Positions 1 through 9,689 of a stretch of DNA of 64,000 nt are shown here, in pieces; within the stretch, counting starts at the first letter, position 1, and the number at the start of each line of letters is the position of its first letter. The notes under the pieces were generated by a model. The model was not told where the DNA came from. It ran no database searches and worked only from the letters and a program-made list of their open reading frames with translations. The DNA comes from an uncultured Selenomonadaceae bacterium (lineage in GTDB: Bacteria > Bacillota > Negativicutes > Selenomonadales > Selenomonadaceae), in the NCBI GenBank assembly GCA_905234175.1, contig CAJOGX010000005.1, forward strand, positions 785 through 64,784, written 5' to 3'. Both the position numbers and the translations under genes were made by a program.

Positions 1-468
<468 letters not shown>

Positions 469-547
469 TTTACGGCGCGCAATCTCGGCGGTAAAGTCGG
501 CGCAGGTTTGTACCCGCCGACACTAACTTAATACGTTGAAAAAAATG

Positions 548-584
548 ACGGCTCGGCTCTTCGTCAAATGTTGAGCTGAGCCGT
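548..584 (+). other. stem-loop in the gap-pgk spacer (possible attenuator or processing site)
   Basis: 12-bp stem acggctcggctc / gagctgagccgt (one G-U) with a 13-nt loop. A 7-bp GC hairpin (gtcggcg...cgccgac) precedes it at 496-521. Neither is followed by a T-run. Confidence 0.35.
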
Positions 585-650
585 TTGCAGTCTTACGGCA
601 AAAAATCACACTCGTGGGGCTGCATGGATTGAAATTGGGAGGAAATATCT

Positions 651-2588
651 GTGAACAAAAAGAGCATCAAGGACCTCAACCTCAAAGGTAAAAAAGTATT
701 CCTGCGCGTCGATTACAACGTTCCTATGGACGAAAATCAGAAAATCACCAATACAAAGCGCATTGACGCCACGCTCGACACCTTGAAGTACCTGCTCGGA
801 CAGGGCGCGGCCGTCATTATCGGCTGTCACCTTGGCAGACCTACTGAAGCGCGCGAACCGAAATTCTCCACCAAACCTATCGCGGAAAAGCTCGGCGAAA
901 TTCTCGGTCAGGAAGTCAAATGGGTTGAAGACTGCGTTGGCGAAGTCGCTGAAAAAGCCGCTGCTGCTCTCCAGCCTGGCGAAATTCTCCTGCTCGAAAA
1001 TCTCCGCTATCACAAGGAAGAAAAGAAAAATAATCCGAAGTTCGCGAAACAGCTCGCCGCGCTGGCAGACGTTGCCGTTAATGACGCGTTCGGTATGGCT
1101 CACCGCGCGCACGCTTCCAACGTCGGTATCACCCACTTCCTCGAAACTGCCGCCGGTTTCCTCATGGAAAAAGAAATTAATTACATTGGCAAGACGCTTG
1201 AAAATCCGCAGCGCCCGTTCGTCGGCATTATCGGCGGCGCCAAAGTTTCCGACAAAATCGGCGTCATTTCCAACATGATTGATAAAGTCGACACGATTAT
1301 TATCGGCGGCGGCATGGCGCATACCTTCGACGCGGCGAAAGGCTACGGCGTCGGCAAATCCCTGCTCGAAGCTGACAAAATCGAACTCGCCAAATCTCTC
1401 CTCGAAAAGGCTGAGAAAAAGGGCGTCAAAGTCGTTCTGCCTATCGATATCGTCGTTGCTGACAAATTCGCGGCGGACGCTCAGTTCAAAACCGTTCCCG
1501 TCGACCAGTGCCCCGAAGACTGGATGGGTCTCGACAGCGGCGAAAAAACTTCCCAGGAATACGTCAAGGCTCTCGAAGGCGCCAAAACCATTATCTGGAA
1601 CGGACCTATGGGCGTCTTTGAATTTGAAAACTTCGCAAAAGGCACGCTCGCGGTTGCTAAGGCTGTTGCTGACGCGACTGAAAAAGGCGCTATTTCAATC
1701 GTCGGCGGCGGCGACTCCATTGCGGCGCTCAAGAAAACCGGCCTCGACAAGAAAATTTCCCACATTTCCACCGGCGGCGGCGCGACTCTCGAATACCTCG
1801 AAGGCAAAGTTCTGCCTGGTATCGACGCGATTGACGGCGTAGGCCGCACCCCGATTATCGCCGGCAACTGGAAGATGAACAACACGATTAAACAGGGCGT
1901 TGCGCTCGTCGAAGAACTCATTCCGCTGGTTGCCAACGCTCAGTGCCGCGTAGTTGTCTGCCCGACCGCTACCGCTCTCGACGCCGTTGCGAAGGCCGTC
2001 AAAGGCACGAACATTCACGTTGGCGCGCAGAATGTGCACTGGGAAGCTAAAGGCGCGTTCACCGGCGAAATTTCCACCGGCATGCTCAACGAAATTGGCG
2101 TAGACTACGTTGTCCTCGGTCACAGCGAACGCCGCGACTATTTCGGCGAGACCGACGAAGGCGTCAACAAGCGCGCGAAGGCGGCTTTCAACGCTGGCAT
2201 TACGCCTATCATTTGCTGCGGCGAGTCCCTTGAAATTCGCGAAGCCGGCAACTACATTGAGCACGTTACCAAACAGGTTGCCGCCGCACTCGAAGGTTTC
2301 ACGGCGCAGGAAGTCAAGAAACTCGTTATCGCTTACGAGCCGATTTGGGCGATTGGCACCGGCAAGACCGCGACGTTTGAACAGGCTGAGGAAGTCTGCA
2401 AGGCTATCCGCGAGTGCGTTGCGAAGAAGTTCGACCAGGAAGCGGCGGACGCGATTCGCATTCAGTACGGCGGTTCCGTCAAACCCGCGACGATTAAAGA
2501 CCTCATGCAGCAGCCCAACGTTGACGGCGCATTGGTCGGCGGCGCGTCCCTCAAGGCTCCCGATTTCAGCGCGATTGTCAACTTCTAA
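651..2588 (+). CDS. pgk/tpiA: bifunctional phosphoglycerate kinase / triosephosphate isomerase fusion protein (645 aa)
   Basis: GTG start 8 nt after GGGAGG. The N-terminal ~400 aa has the PGK signature ([31 protein letters not shown]). One uninterrupted frame continues into TIM ([34 protein letters not shown]). Junction is near 1850. Confidence 0.92.
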   Translation: MNKKSIKDLNLKGKKVFLRVDYNVPMDENQKITNTKRIDATLDTLKYLLGQGAAVIIGCHLGRPTEAREPKFSTKPIAEKLGEILGQEVKWVEDCVGEVAEKAAAALQPGEILLLENLRYHKEEKKNNPKFAKQLAALADVAVNDAFGMAHRAHASNVGITHFLETAAGFLMEKEINYIGKTLENPQRPFVGIIGGAKVSDKIGVISNMIDKVDTIIIGGGMAHTFDAAKGYGVGKSLLEADKIELAKSLLEKAEKKGVKVVLPIDIVVADKFAADAQFKTVPVDQCPEDWMGLDSGEKTSQEYVKALEGAKTIIWNGPMGVFEFENFAKGTLAVAKAVADATEKGAISIVGGGDSIAALKKTGLDKKISHISTGGGATLEYLEGKVLPGIDAIDGVGRTPIIAGNWKMNNTIKQGVALVEELIPLVANAQCRVVVCPTATALDAVAKAVKGTNIHVGAQNVHWEAKGAFTGEISTGMLNEIGVDYVVLGHSERRDYFGETDEGVNKRAKAAFNAGITPIICCGESLEIREAGNYIEHVTKQVAAALEGFTAQEVKKLVIAYEPIWAIGTGKTATFEQAEEVCKAIRECVAKKFDQEAADAIRIQYGGSVKPATIKDLMQQPNVDGALVGGASLKAPDFSAIVNF

Positions 2589-2616
2589 GATAAAAATTTT
2601 TCCGGTCAGATAATTT

Positions 2617-2655
2617 GAGCCGCCTCTGTTGGTCGTGACATTGGCGGCTTTTACT
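2617..2655 (+). terminator. weak intrinsic terminator or attenuator between pgk/tpi and gpmI
   Basis: gagccgcc ... ggcggctt stem (7-8 bp) followed by ttttactt. The T-run is short and interrupted. Confidence 0.3.
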
Positions 2656-2678
2656 TAATTTTCAAGGAGAGTGTTAAG

Positions 2679-4214
2679 ATGGCTACAGTTAAGCACGCGC
2701 CGATTTGTCTGATTATCATGGACGGCTGGGGAATTGGCGACCCGATGGACAAGTACAACGCGATTCAGATTGGCAAGACGCCGGTACTCGACGAGCTCGC
2801 TAGGAAATATCCGAACGCGCAGCTTCAGGCTTCCGGCGAATACGTTGGACTTCCTGACGGGCAGATGGGCAATTCCGAAGTCGGGCACATGAACATTGGC
2901 GCGGGGCGCGTTATCTATCAGCCGCTCACAAAAATTACCAAGGCGATTCGCGACGGCGATTTCTTCACGAACAAGGCGCTTGTTGGCGTCACCGACAAAG
3001 TTGTTGCCAGCGGCGGCGCTTTGCATTTATTCGGACTGCTTTCCCCTGGCGGCGTTCACAGCCACACCGACCACCTTTACGGTCTGCTGAAACTGGCGAA
3101 GGACAAGGGCGTTAAAAAAGTTTACGTGCACGCATTTTTGGACGGACGCGACGTTCCGCCGAGTTCTGCCGCTGAATATCTCGCCACGCTCGAAGAAAAG
3201 TTCAAGGAAATTGGCATTGGTCAGACCGCTACGATTTCCGGCCGCTACTACGCAATGGATCGCGATAAGCGCTGGGACCGCGTGCAGAAAGCCTACGACG
3301 CCATTGCTAAGGCTGACGCGCCGAAAAAGGCTGATTCCGCCAGCGCGATTAAAGATTCCTACGACAACAAAGTTACCGATGAATTTGTGATTCCTGTCGT
3401 CGTCGGCGATTATCCTGGCGTTAAGACCGAGGACGGAATTATTTTCTTCAACTTCCGCCCCGACCGCGCCCGCGAAATTACTCACGCGTTCACCGACGAT
3501 AAATTTGACGGCTTCCCGCGCGTCGAAGAACTCAAGGCTGTTCCCTACGTCACAATGACGCAGTACGAGGAAGGCTTGAACGTCGAAGTTGCCTACCCGC
3601 CCGAAAGTGTCAGCAACGGCCTCGGCGAAACGATTAGCAAAGCCGGTCTCACGCAGCTCAGAATTGCGGAAACTGAAAAATATGCGCACGTCACGTTTTT
3701 CTTTAACGGCGGCGTCGAGGAACCCTACAAGGGCGAAGACAGGATTTTAGTTCCCAGCCCGAAAGTTGCGACGTACGACCTCAAACCCGAAATGAGCGCG
3801 CCGACCGTTACGCTGAAAGTCGTCGAGGCGATTCTGTCCGAGAAGTACGATTTCATTATTCTGAACTACGCGAACGGCGATATGGTCGGGCACACCGGCG
3901 TTATGAAGGCGGCTGTTCAGGCTGTCGAAACCGTTGATGTCTGCGTCGGTATTTTCGTCGAGTGCATGAAGAAAGTCGGCGGCGAAGTCGTCATTATCGC
4001 TGACCACGGCAACGCGGATAAAATGTTCGACTACGATTTGAAGGAGCCCTTCACCGCGCATACCACCAACCCCGTGCCGATTATCGTCGTTTCCGACCGC
4101 GTTTCCGAAGTCAAAGACGGCGCCCTCTGCGACGTTGCTCCCACGCTTTTGAAACTCGCTGGCATGGAAGTTCCCGCCGAAATGACCGGCAAGTGCCTCA
4201 TTACGATGAAGTAA
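2679..4214 (+). CDS. gpmI: 2,3-bisphosphoglycerate-independent phosphoglycerate mutase
   Basis: 511 aa with RBS AAGGAGAG. Motifs LIIMDGWG, GNSEVGHMNIGAGR, NYANGDMVGHTG and ADHGNA are typical of iPGM. Confidence 0.94.
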   Translation: MATVKHAPICLIIMDGWGIGDPMDKYNAIQIGKTPVLDELARKYPNAQLQASGEYVGLPDGQMGNSEVGHMNIGAGRVIYQPLTKITKAIRDGDFFTNKALVGVTDKVVASGGALHLFGLLSPGGVHSHTDHLYGLLKLAKDKGVKKVYVHAFLDGRDVPPSSAAEYLATLEEKFKEIGIGQTATISGRYYAMDRDKRWDRVQKAYDAIAKADAPKKADSASAIKDSYDNKVTDEFVIPVVVGDYPGVKTEDGIIFFNFRPDRAREITHAFTDDKFDGFPRVEELKAVPYVTMTQYEEGLNVEVAYPPESVSNGLGETISKAGLTQLRIAETEKYAHVTFFFNGGVEEPYKGEDRILVPSPKVATYDLKPEMSAPTVTLKVVEAILSEKYDFIILNYANGDMVGHTGVMKAAVQAVETVDVCVGIFVECMKKVGGEVVIIADHGNADKMFDYDLKEPFTAHTTNPVPIIVVSDRVSEVKDGALCDVAPTLLKLAGMEVPAEMTGKCLITMK

Positions 4215-4216
4215 AA

Positions 4217-4392
4217 CGTTTTACGGCTTTTACGGCATTTCTTTCGTGAAAGAAACGCCTGGCAAAGAAAGCTTTTCGCCCGTCAGGATTTTTCGCGTTC
4301 AGCCTCACTGTCTGATGGCATTGCTCCCGCGCACACCACGTTCCTCTTTCAGTGAGCGTCTACGTCAAAAATTTATGACGGGCGTTTTTTTT
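4217..4392 (+). repeat. dispersed structured intergenic element, copy A (just after the gpmI stop)
   Basis: About 165 nt, clearly similar by eye (identity not computed) to 20698-20860. Shared features: ttttacggcatttcttt, hairpin tttctttc-N-gaaagaaa, ggcaaagaaa, and cgcccgtcag...tgacgggc terminal pairing. Copy A ends in a T8 run. Confidence 0.8.
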
Positions 4393-4480
4393 GTGGTCGT
4401 TTTTTTTATGGGCGTTTTTTTATGGGCGTTTTTTATGGGCGTTTTTTTATGGGCGTTTTTTTATTTTTTGCGGGCGTTTA
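4378..4480 (+). repeat. T-rich tandem repeat (unit gggcgttttttt(t)at, 13-15 nt, about 6 copies)
   Basis: Direct reading: gggcgttttttttgtggtcgttttttttat gggcgtttttttat gggcgttttttat gggcgtttttttat gggcgtttttttatttttt gcgggcgtttatttg. Confidence 0.85.
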
Positions 4481-4491
4481 TTTGTTTTTAT

Positions 4492-4519
4492 TTGCAAAAA
4501 TTTTTCAGCGTGATATAAT
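4492..4519 (+). promoter_or_regulatory. sigma70-type promoter for htpX (TTGCAA - 16 nt - TGaTATAAT, extended -10)
   Basis: ttgcaa at 4492-4497 and tataat at 4514-4519 with TG at 4511-4512. It lies 52 nt upstream of the htpX ATG and just downstream of the T-rich repeat. Confidence 0.6.
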
Positions 4520-4571
4520 ATTTTTCGTGGAGCTTCGTATAATTTTCAGGAAGCTTTAGGGAGGATTCACG

Positions 4572-5435
4572 ATGAATATTTTTAAGACAACAATTTTAAT
4601 GGCGCTGCTGACGGGCTTAATGGTTGCGATTGGCGGAGCGATAAATGGCAGCACCGGCGCAATGATTATGCTCGTGATTTCGCTGGGAATGAATTTTTTC
4701 AGCTACTGGTTCAGCGACTCGATGGTTTTGAAGGCGTACGACGCGCAGGAAATTTCCGAGGAAGATTCGCCGCAGCTCTACGGTATTGTTAAAAGTCTCG
4801 CGCAGAAAGCGGAACTGCCAATGCCGCGCGTTTACATTATCGACAGCGACGTACCGAACGCGTTTGCGACGGGCAGGAACCCCAGTCACGCGGCGGTTGC
4901 CGTCACGACGGGGATTATGAAGGCGCTTGACTACAACGAAATTTCCGGCGTGCTCGGTCACGAACTGGCGCACGTCAAGCACCGCGACATTTTGACTGGG
5001 ACAATTGCCGCTTCAATGGCTGGCGTAATTTCGATGGTTGCGAATATCGTGCAGTGGGGAGCGATTTTCGGCACGCGCTCCGACGACGATAACGGCGGCT
5101 TGCTTGGAACTTTGGCGACGATTATTCTGGCGCCGCTCGCCGCAACGCTTATTCAGATGGCGATTTCCCGTTCGCGTGAATACGACGCTGACAAAACCGG
5201 CGGCGAACTTTGCGGAGACCCGCGCTACCTTGCAAGCGCGCTGGAAAAAATTGAGTACTACGCTCAACGCAACACGCTCGACCACGCGTCAACTTCGACG
5301 GCGCACATGTTCATAATAAATCCGCTGGAAGGCTCGACGCGCATGCTGAAAAATTTATTTTCGACGCATCCAGACACAGATGACAGAATTGCGCGGCTGC
5401 AGGAACAGGCACGGGAAATGCGGCTCCTCGCCTGA
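4572..5435 (+). CDS. htpX: zinc metalloprotease HtpX (peptidase M48)
   Basis: 287 aa with RBS GGGAGG. N-terminal TM helices, HELAHVKHRD (HExxH) and a downstream EYDAD motif. Confidence 0.9.
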   Translation: MNIFKTTILMALLTGLMVAIGGAINGSTGAMIMLVISLGMNFFSYWFSDSMVLKAYDAQEISEEDSPQLYGIVKSLAQKAELPMPRVYIIDSDVPNAFATGRNPSHAAVAVTTGIMKALDYNEISGVLGHELAHVKHRDILTGTIAASMAGVISMVANIVQWGAIFGTRSDDDNGGLLGTLATIILAPLAATLIQMAISRSREYDADKTGGELCGDPRYLASALEKIEYYAQRNTLDHASTSTAHMFIINPLEGSTRMLKNLFSTHPDTDDRIARLQEQAREMRLLA

Positions 5436-5511
5436 CGGTTGCGTTTGAAAATTTTTGTGATAAGATTGGCGGGATTAGGTCTCGTCAATTTTTTTATTGG
5501 AGGAAATTTTT

Positions 5512-5748
5512 ATGCGCAAAAATTTTTGGCTTGACGTGATTCTCCTTATCAGCGGGCTGATTTGCATTGGCACTGGCGTCGCGCTGGATTTTAACCTGTT
5601 GCCCGCCGGAGATTTTGAAATTCGCCACGACGTTAAAGACGTCCACATTTACAGCGGCTACGTCATGGCGGTAGGATTTATTCTGCATGTCGCGTGGCAT
5701 TTGAGCTGGCTCAAGGCGGCGGCGCGCAAGATTTTCAGCGAAGATTAA
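5512..5748 (+). CDS. small integral membrane protein (DUF4405-like)
   Basis: ATG at 5512 lies 8 nt after GGAGG. The track start at 5497 (TTG) overlaps the RBS. 78 aa with two predicted TM helices. Confidence 0.55.
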   Translation: MRKNFWLDVILLISGLICIGTGVALDFNLLPAGDFEIRHDVKDVHIYSGYVMAVGFILHVAWHLSWLKAAARKIFSED

Positions 5749-5823
5749 TTTTTCGGCGCGGCAGGAAATTTTTTAATCGACGATAATATTATCAGCAATG
5801 AAAATTTTTGAGGAGGGATTTAT

Positions 5824-7521
5824 ATGAGCTCGATGAGTCTCCGCGAGAAATTATTTTTCGTTTTCATCATGCTGATAATTGCGTTCATTGGCAGCGGGAT
5901 TTACTCGACAATCAGCCTTTCGGCGATTAATGACGGCGCAATGAGGATTGCCACGCAGCACCTGCAGGGCGTTATTGCGGCGTCCGAGTCAAGCCGCGCG
6001 ATGAGTGATTACCGGCAGGGGGAATTTTCCGTCATTGACGCTACGACACTGCCTGGAAAAATTTACGCTGCGCAGTCCACGAGAAAGCTGGCAGATCAAA
6101 TCGATATAACTTTCGACGCAATTCAGCCGCAGCTCGAAGGGCAAATCGTCAACGAATTTTCCGATATGCGCAACATGTGGAACCAGTACAAGGCAAATTC
6201 CAACCGCATTATCGAGGCGGTGAAGTCCGGCAACAGCCGTGAGGGCGCGCGCCTTCTGGAAAGTTCCAGCGACCAGTACACTTATATCGTGGCGAAACTC
6301 AACCGCATTCTCGACAACCGCAAGGATTTTATTCACGCGGAAGTTGTTGAATCTGAGCGCCAGTATAACAAAACGCGCATGATTCTGATTGTCACGATAA
6401 TCGTCGTCGTGGCGTTTTCAATTTTCATGGCGATTTCGCTGAGCCGGACGATTTTAAATTCGATTGAATATCTGTCGGACGTGTCAAAGGAAATGGCGGC
6501 GGGCAACCTGACGGTGGAAGCCAAACCGCAGTCGAAAGACGAATTTGGGCAGCTGATTTCGATTTACGCGAACACGATTCAGAAACTGCGGAGCCTGGTT
6601 GCGAACATTCAGCGCAACGCCGGAGACGCTGCAACCTTCGCCGCGCAGCTCAACGAAAACGCAACTCAAAGCGCGCTGGCCACGCAGCAGGTTGCAGTTT
6701 CGATTGGCAACGTCGCTGAAAATGCGATAAAGCAGGGCGACGCCGTTTCGCAGTCCACGGATTCGATTCGCGCCTTCGCTAAACTTTTGCAGGATTTCGA
6801 GAGCAAGGCTGATTCTTCCGTGAGTTCCGCAAAAAACGTCGAGGAAATTGCTAATTCCGGTCAAACGGCAGTTCGCGGCGCCGTCGACCAGATGTCCGCC
6901 GTGGCAAGGAGCGTCGACAAATCTTCCGAAGTCATAAGGCAGCTCGCCGACCGTTCCGCGCAAATCGGAAATATCAGCTCGACCATTGCCAATATCGCTG
7001 AGCAGACAAATCTTCTCGCGCTGAACGCCGCGATTGAGGCTGCCCGTGCGGGTAACGCCGGACGCGGTTTCGCCGTCGTCGCTGACGAAGTTCGCAAGCT
7101 CGCCGAAAGTTCCAGTTCCGCCGCCTCGCAAATCGCCGACCTTATCAGCACGATTCAGGACGAAATGAGCCAGGCGCTTGAACAAATGGAGCGCGGCAAT
7201 CAGGAAGTTGAAAGCGGCAAAGTCGTCGTGGCGGCCGCCGGCGATTCGTTCAAAAATATCACAAACGCTATCGTTCAGCTCACGCGCCACGCCGAGGAAA
7301 TTCAGCGCAACGCCCAGGACGCCTCTACCCGCGTCGACAAGCTCGTTGCGTCCATGGACGAACTTAACAAATCCAGTAAAGATGTCAGCGCCGAAACCGA
7401 GTCCGTCAGCGCCGCCACCGAACAGCAGTCCGCGTCGATTGACGAAGTTGCCAGCGCCAGCAAAAAACTTTCCGAGCTCGCTGAGGAACTTACCGCGTCG
7501 ACTTCCAAGTTTAAAATTTAA
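5824..7521 (+). CDS. methyl-accepting chemotaxis protein
   Basis: 565 aa with RBS GAGGAGGG. TM - periplasmic domain - TM - HAMP. The conserved signalling hairpin reads [38 protein letters not shown]. Confidence 0.92.
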   Translation: MSSMSLREKLFFVFIMLIIAFIGSGIYSTISLSAINDGAMRIATQHLQGVIAASESSRAMSDYRQGEFSVIDATTLPGKIYAAQSTRKLADQIDITFDAIQPQLEGQIVNEFSDMRNMWNQYKANSNRIIEAVKSGNSREGARLLESSSDQYTYIVAKLNRILDNRKDFIHAEVVESERQYNKTRMILIVTIIVVVAFSIFMAISLSRTILNSIEYLSDVSKEMAAGNLTVEAKPQSKDEFGQLISIYANTIQKLRSLVANIQRNAGDAATFAAQLNENATQSALATQQVAVSIGNVAENAIKQGDAVSQSTDSIRAFAKLLQDFESKADSSVSSAKNVEEIANSGQTAVRGAVDQMSAVARSVDKSSEVIRQLADRSAQIGNISSTIANIAEQTNLLALNAAIEAARAGNAGRGFAVVADEVRKLAESSSSAASQIADLISTIQDEMSQALEQMERGNQEVESGKVVVAAAGDSFKNITNAIVQLTRHAEEIQRNAQDASTRVDKLVASMDELNKSSKDVSAETESVSAATEQQSASIDEVASASKKLSELAEELTASTSKFKI

Positions 7522-7534
7522 GGCGGTGATTTGA

Positions 7535-8569
7535 ATGAAGTTAGCAAAATTTTTCTGCGCGACGCTGATTTTAATTTTCGCAACGGCGCTCAGCGGCTGC
7601 GGCGATTCGTCTTTGAGTCTGGATAATTCCGTGAGAAAATCCGTCGCCGTCTGTTTCCCGAACCTTACGCCTAGCTGGGAGCGCAACGGCGAAGCTATGC
7701 GAAAACTGTTAGAGGAGGAAGGATTCACCGTCGACATTCAGTACAGCGGCAAGGCGGAGGAGCAGGCGGAGCAGGTTAAAAATGCGCTTGCTAAAAAGCC
7801 TGGCTGCCTTGTACTCGGCGCGCTGGGCACTGACGAATATTATATTGACGTGCTGGCTGACGCGAAAAAATATAACGTGCCGGTTATAGCGTTCGACCGC
7901 GCGATTCTCAGCAGCGACGCCGTGAGCTACTACGCCAGCTTCGACAACGCCGCGATTGGAGAGGGCATGGGCGAATACCTTGAGACTGCTTTGAACCTCA
8001 AGAGCGGAGCCGGTCCGTACAACATTGAGCTTTTCGCTGGCGGGCAGGACGACGGCAACGCGCATGTTTTTTTTAACAGGACAATGGAAATTCTGGAGCC
8101 GTACTTAAGGAGCGGACAGCTCGTTTGCCGTTCGGGGCAGAGAACTTTTGAGCAGGTTTACGTTGCCGACTGGGTTTCTGAAAACGCCCGCCCGCGCATT
8201 AAGGAACTGCTGAGCAAGTACTACACCGACGCGCCGCTGAACGTTGTGCTCAGCCCCAACGACGATATTGCCGGCGTCATTCTGTCGGAAATCAGCGCCG
8301 CCGGTAAGCCCGCGCCAGTCATTTCCGGTCTCGACGGCGACCCCGCCGCTTATCAGCGCATTCGCGAAGGCACGCAGACTTTCACGATAGCCAAGGACGC
8401 CAACGTTTTAACCGCGAAGTGCGTCCGCATGATTAAGGCCGTCGTCGAGGGCACGCAGCCAGATATTAACGATGTGACGACGTACAAGAACGGCGACCGC
8501 GTAATTCCCGCGTACCTTTGCACGCCGCAGATTGTCGACAAAACTAACGTTGACATCGTGGCGAAATAA
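7535..8569 (+). CDS. periplasmic sugar-binding lipoprotein (PBP type-1, ABC substrate-binding-protein fold)
   Basis: Lipobox LSGC after a signal peptide. The alternating beta-alpha pattern resembles ChvE/xylose-type sugar binding proteins. It starts 13 nt after the MCP stop. No permease or ATPase genes are nearby. Confidence 0.75.
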   Translation: MKLAKFFCATLILIFATALSGCGDSSLSLDNSVRKSVAVCFPNLTPSWERNGEAMRKLLEEEGFTVDIQYSGKAEEQAEQVKNALAKKPGCLVLGALGTDEYYIDVLADAKKYNVPVIAFDRAILSSDAVSYYASFDNAAIGEGMGEYLETALNLKSGAGPYNIELFAGGQDDGNAHVFFNRTMEILEPYLRSGQLVCRSGQRTFEQVYVADWVSENARPRIKELLSKYYTDAPLNVVLSPNDDIAGVILSEISAAGKPAPVISGLDGDPAAYQRIREGTQTFTIAKDANVLTAKCVRMIKAVVEGTQPDINDVTTYKNGDRVIPAYLCTPQIVDKTNVDIVAK

Positions 8570-9689
8570 AAAAATCCTGGCGCGCCGGTTTCGGTACTTC
8601 GAAGAGAATCTCGCGCAGGTCTGTTGCTCGCAGGTCAAACGCGAGATTTTTTTTGTACGGCGCCAAAATTTCTCCGCTGAAAATTTCTCGGCTGGTTAAG
8701 TGCTTTGAAACTTTCGTGACGACTGGTAAACTCGACGCCGCGCGAATTTTTTTCAGCAAAGCTTGCCCGCGCTCGTTGAACGCCAAAACTCTCGCGTAGT
8801 CCCCCAGCACCGGCTCTTTGAAGTCCAGCAGGAAATGTATCAGCAGTCTTTTGACGCGGCTTATCGGGAAGCGCCGGTTCGTCACGCCCAAAATTAATTC
8901 GTCGAAAGTCCGCGCTGCCCGCGCAGTTTCTGCCAGCCGAAATTCTATTCCCTCCGCCATTCCGAAAATTTCGCGCAGGTCTGCCGCTGAGCTCGTCAAA
9001 AGTTTCGCACAGATTAGCCGAAGTAAAAATTCTTCCCGCACCAGTTCCGCAGATTTTAATTCAGCTAAAACGAACGGCGGCACCGACAGTTTTTCCCACG
9101 GCGTCGGCTTTTCGTAAACCAGCCTGCGAATTTCCGTCGCGCTGGATTGAACTTCTCCGCGCGGTATCAGCAGCGGCTTGATTGATTCCGGCAGCGCACG
9201 CAAATATTCTACCGCTAAAATCGTGTTCGGCTGTCTCAGAAAATTTCCGTCCGGCGCCAAAATTTTTTCTACCGCCGCCGCGTATGAAAGCCCCGTCGAA
9301 ATTTCCGCGCGAAGTTCCTGCTGAAAAATTTTTCCGCTGAACGCCGCCGCTATCGATTTCAATTTCTGCAAGTCTGAAGTTTCCGCGCCGAATGCTAAAG
9401 TTTCAATTACGCCGAGCCCCGCTAAAAGTCTGACGGCGCCCGTTGCGAAGTCCTGCGCGCTCCTTACCGCCGACGTGAACGGCAGTTCCAAAACTAAATC
9501 GACGCCGCCAGTTACCGCAAGTTTCGCGCGCGTCCACTTGTCAAGAATCGCCGGAGTTCCGCGCTGAGTGAAACTGCCGCTCATAACCGCCACAATTTCC
9601 GCGCTTGGAATTTTCCTGCGAACTTCCTCAAGCTGAAACGCGTGACCGTCGTGAAACGGATTGAACTCAGCGATAAGCCCGACCGCCAT
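8544..9689 (-). CDS. tmcAL: nucleotidyltransferase family protein, TmcAL-like (tRNA-Met cytidine acetate ligase)
   Basis: 381 aa. The N-terminus MAVGLIAEFNPFHDGHAFQL is the HxGH-type motif of the UPF0348/TmcAL family. The TAATG overlaps the upstream DUF1385 gene. Confidence 0.75.
   Translation of the reverse strand: MAVGLIAEFNPFHDGHAFQLEEVRRKIPSAEIVAVMSGSFTQRGTPAILDKWTRAKLAVTGGVDLVLELPFTSAVRSAQDFATGAVRLLAGLGVIETLAFGAETSDLQKLKSIAAAFSGKIFQQELRAEISTGLSYAAAVEKILAPDGNFLRQPNTILAVEYLRALPESIKPLLIPRGEVQSSATEIRRLVYEKPTPWEKLSVPPFVLAELKSAELVREEFLLRLICAKLLTSSAADLREIFGMAEGIEFRLAETARAARTFDELILGVTNRRFPISRVKRLLIHFLLDFKEPVLGDYARVLAFNERGQALLKKIRAASSLPVVTKVSKHLTSREIFSGEILAPYKKNLAFDLRATDLREILFEVPKPARQDFFISPRCQR

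Noticed and set aside
4246-4518. A 90-aa ORF ending in MGVFLWAFFMGVFLWAFF.
   Set aside because: It is the translation of the dispersed element plus the T-rich tandem repeat. It has no RBS and overlaps the predicted htpX promoter.
5749-5823. A sigma28 (FliA)-type promoter upstream of the MCP gene, and likewise upstream of cheV at 10556-10670.
   Set aside because: cgacgataa resembles the GCCGATAA -10 box. However, no TAAA element lies at the required ~15-nt spacing, and the cheV leader has no match either.
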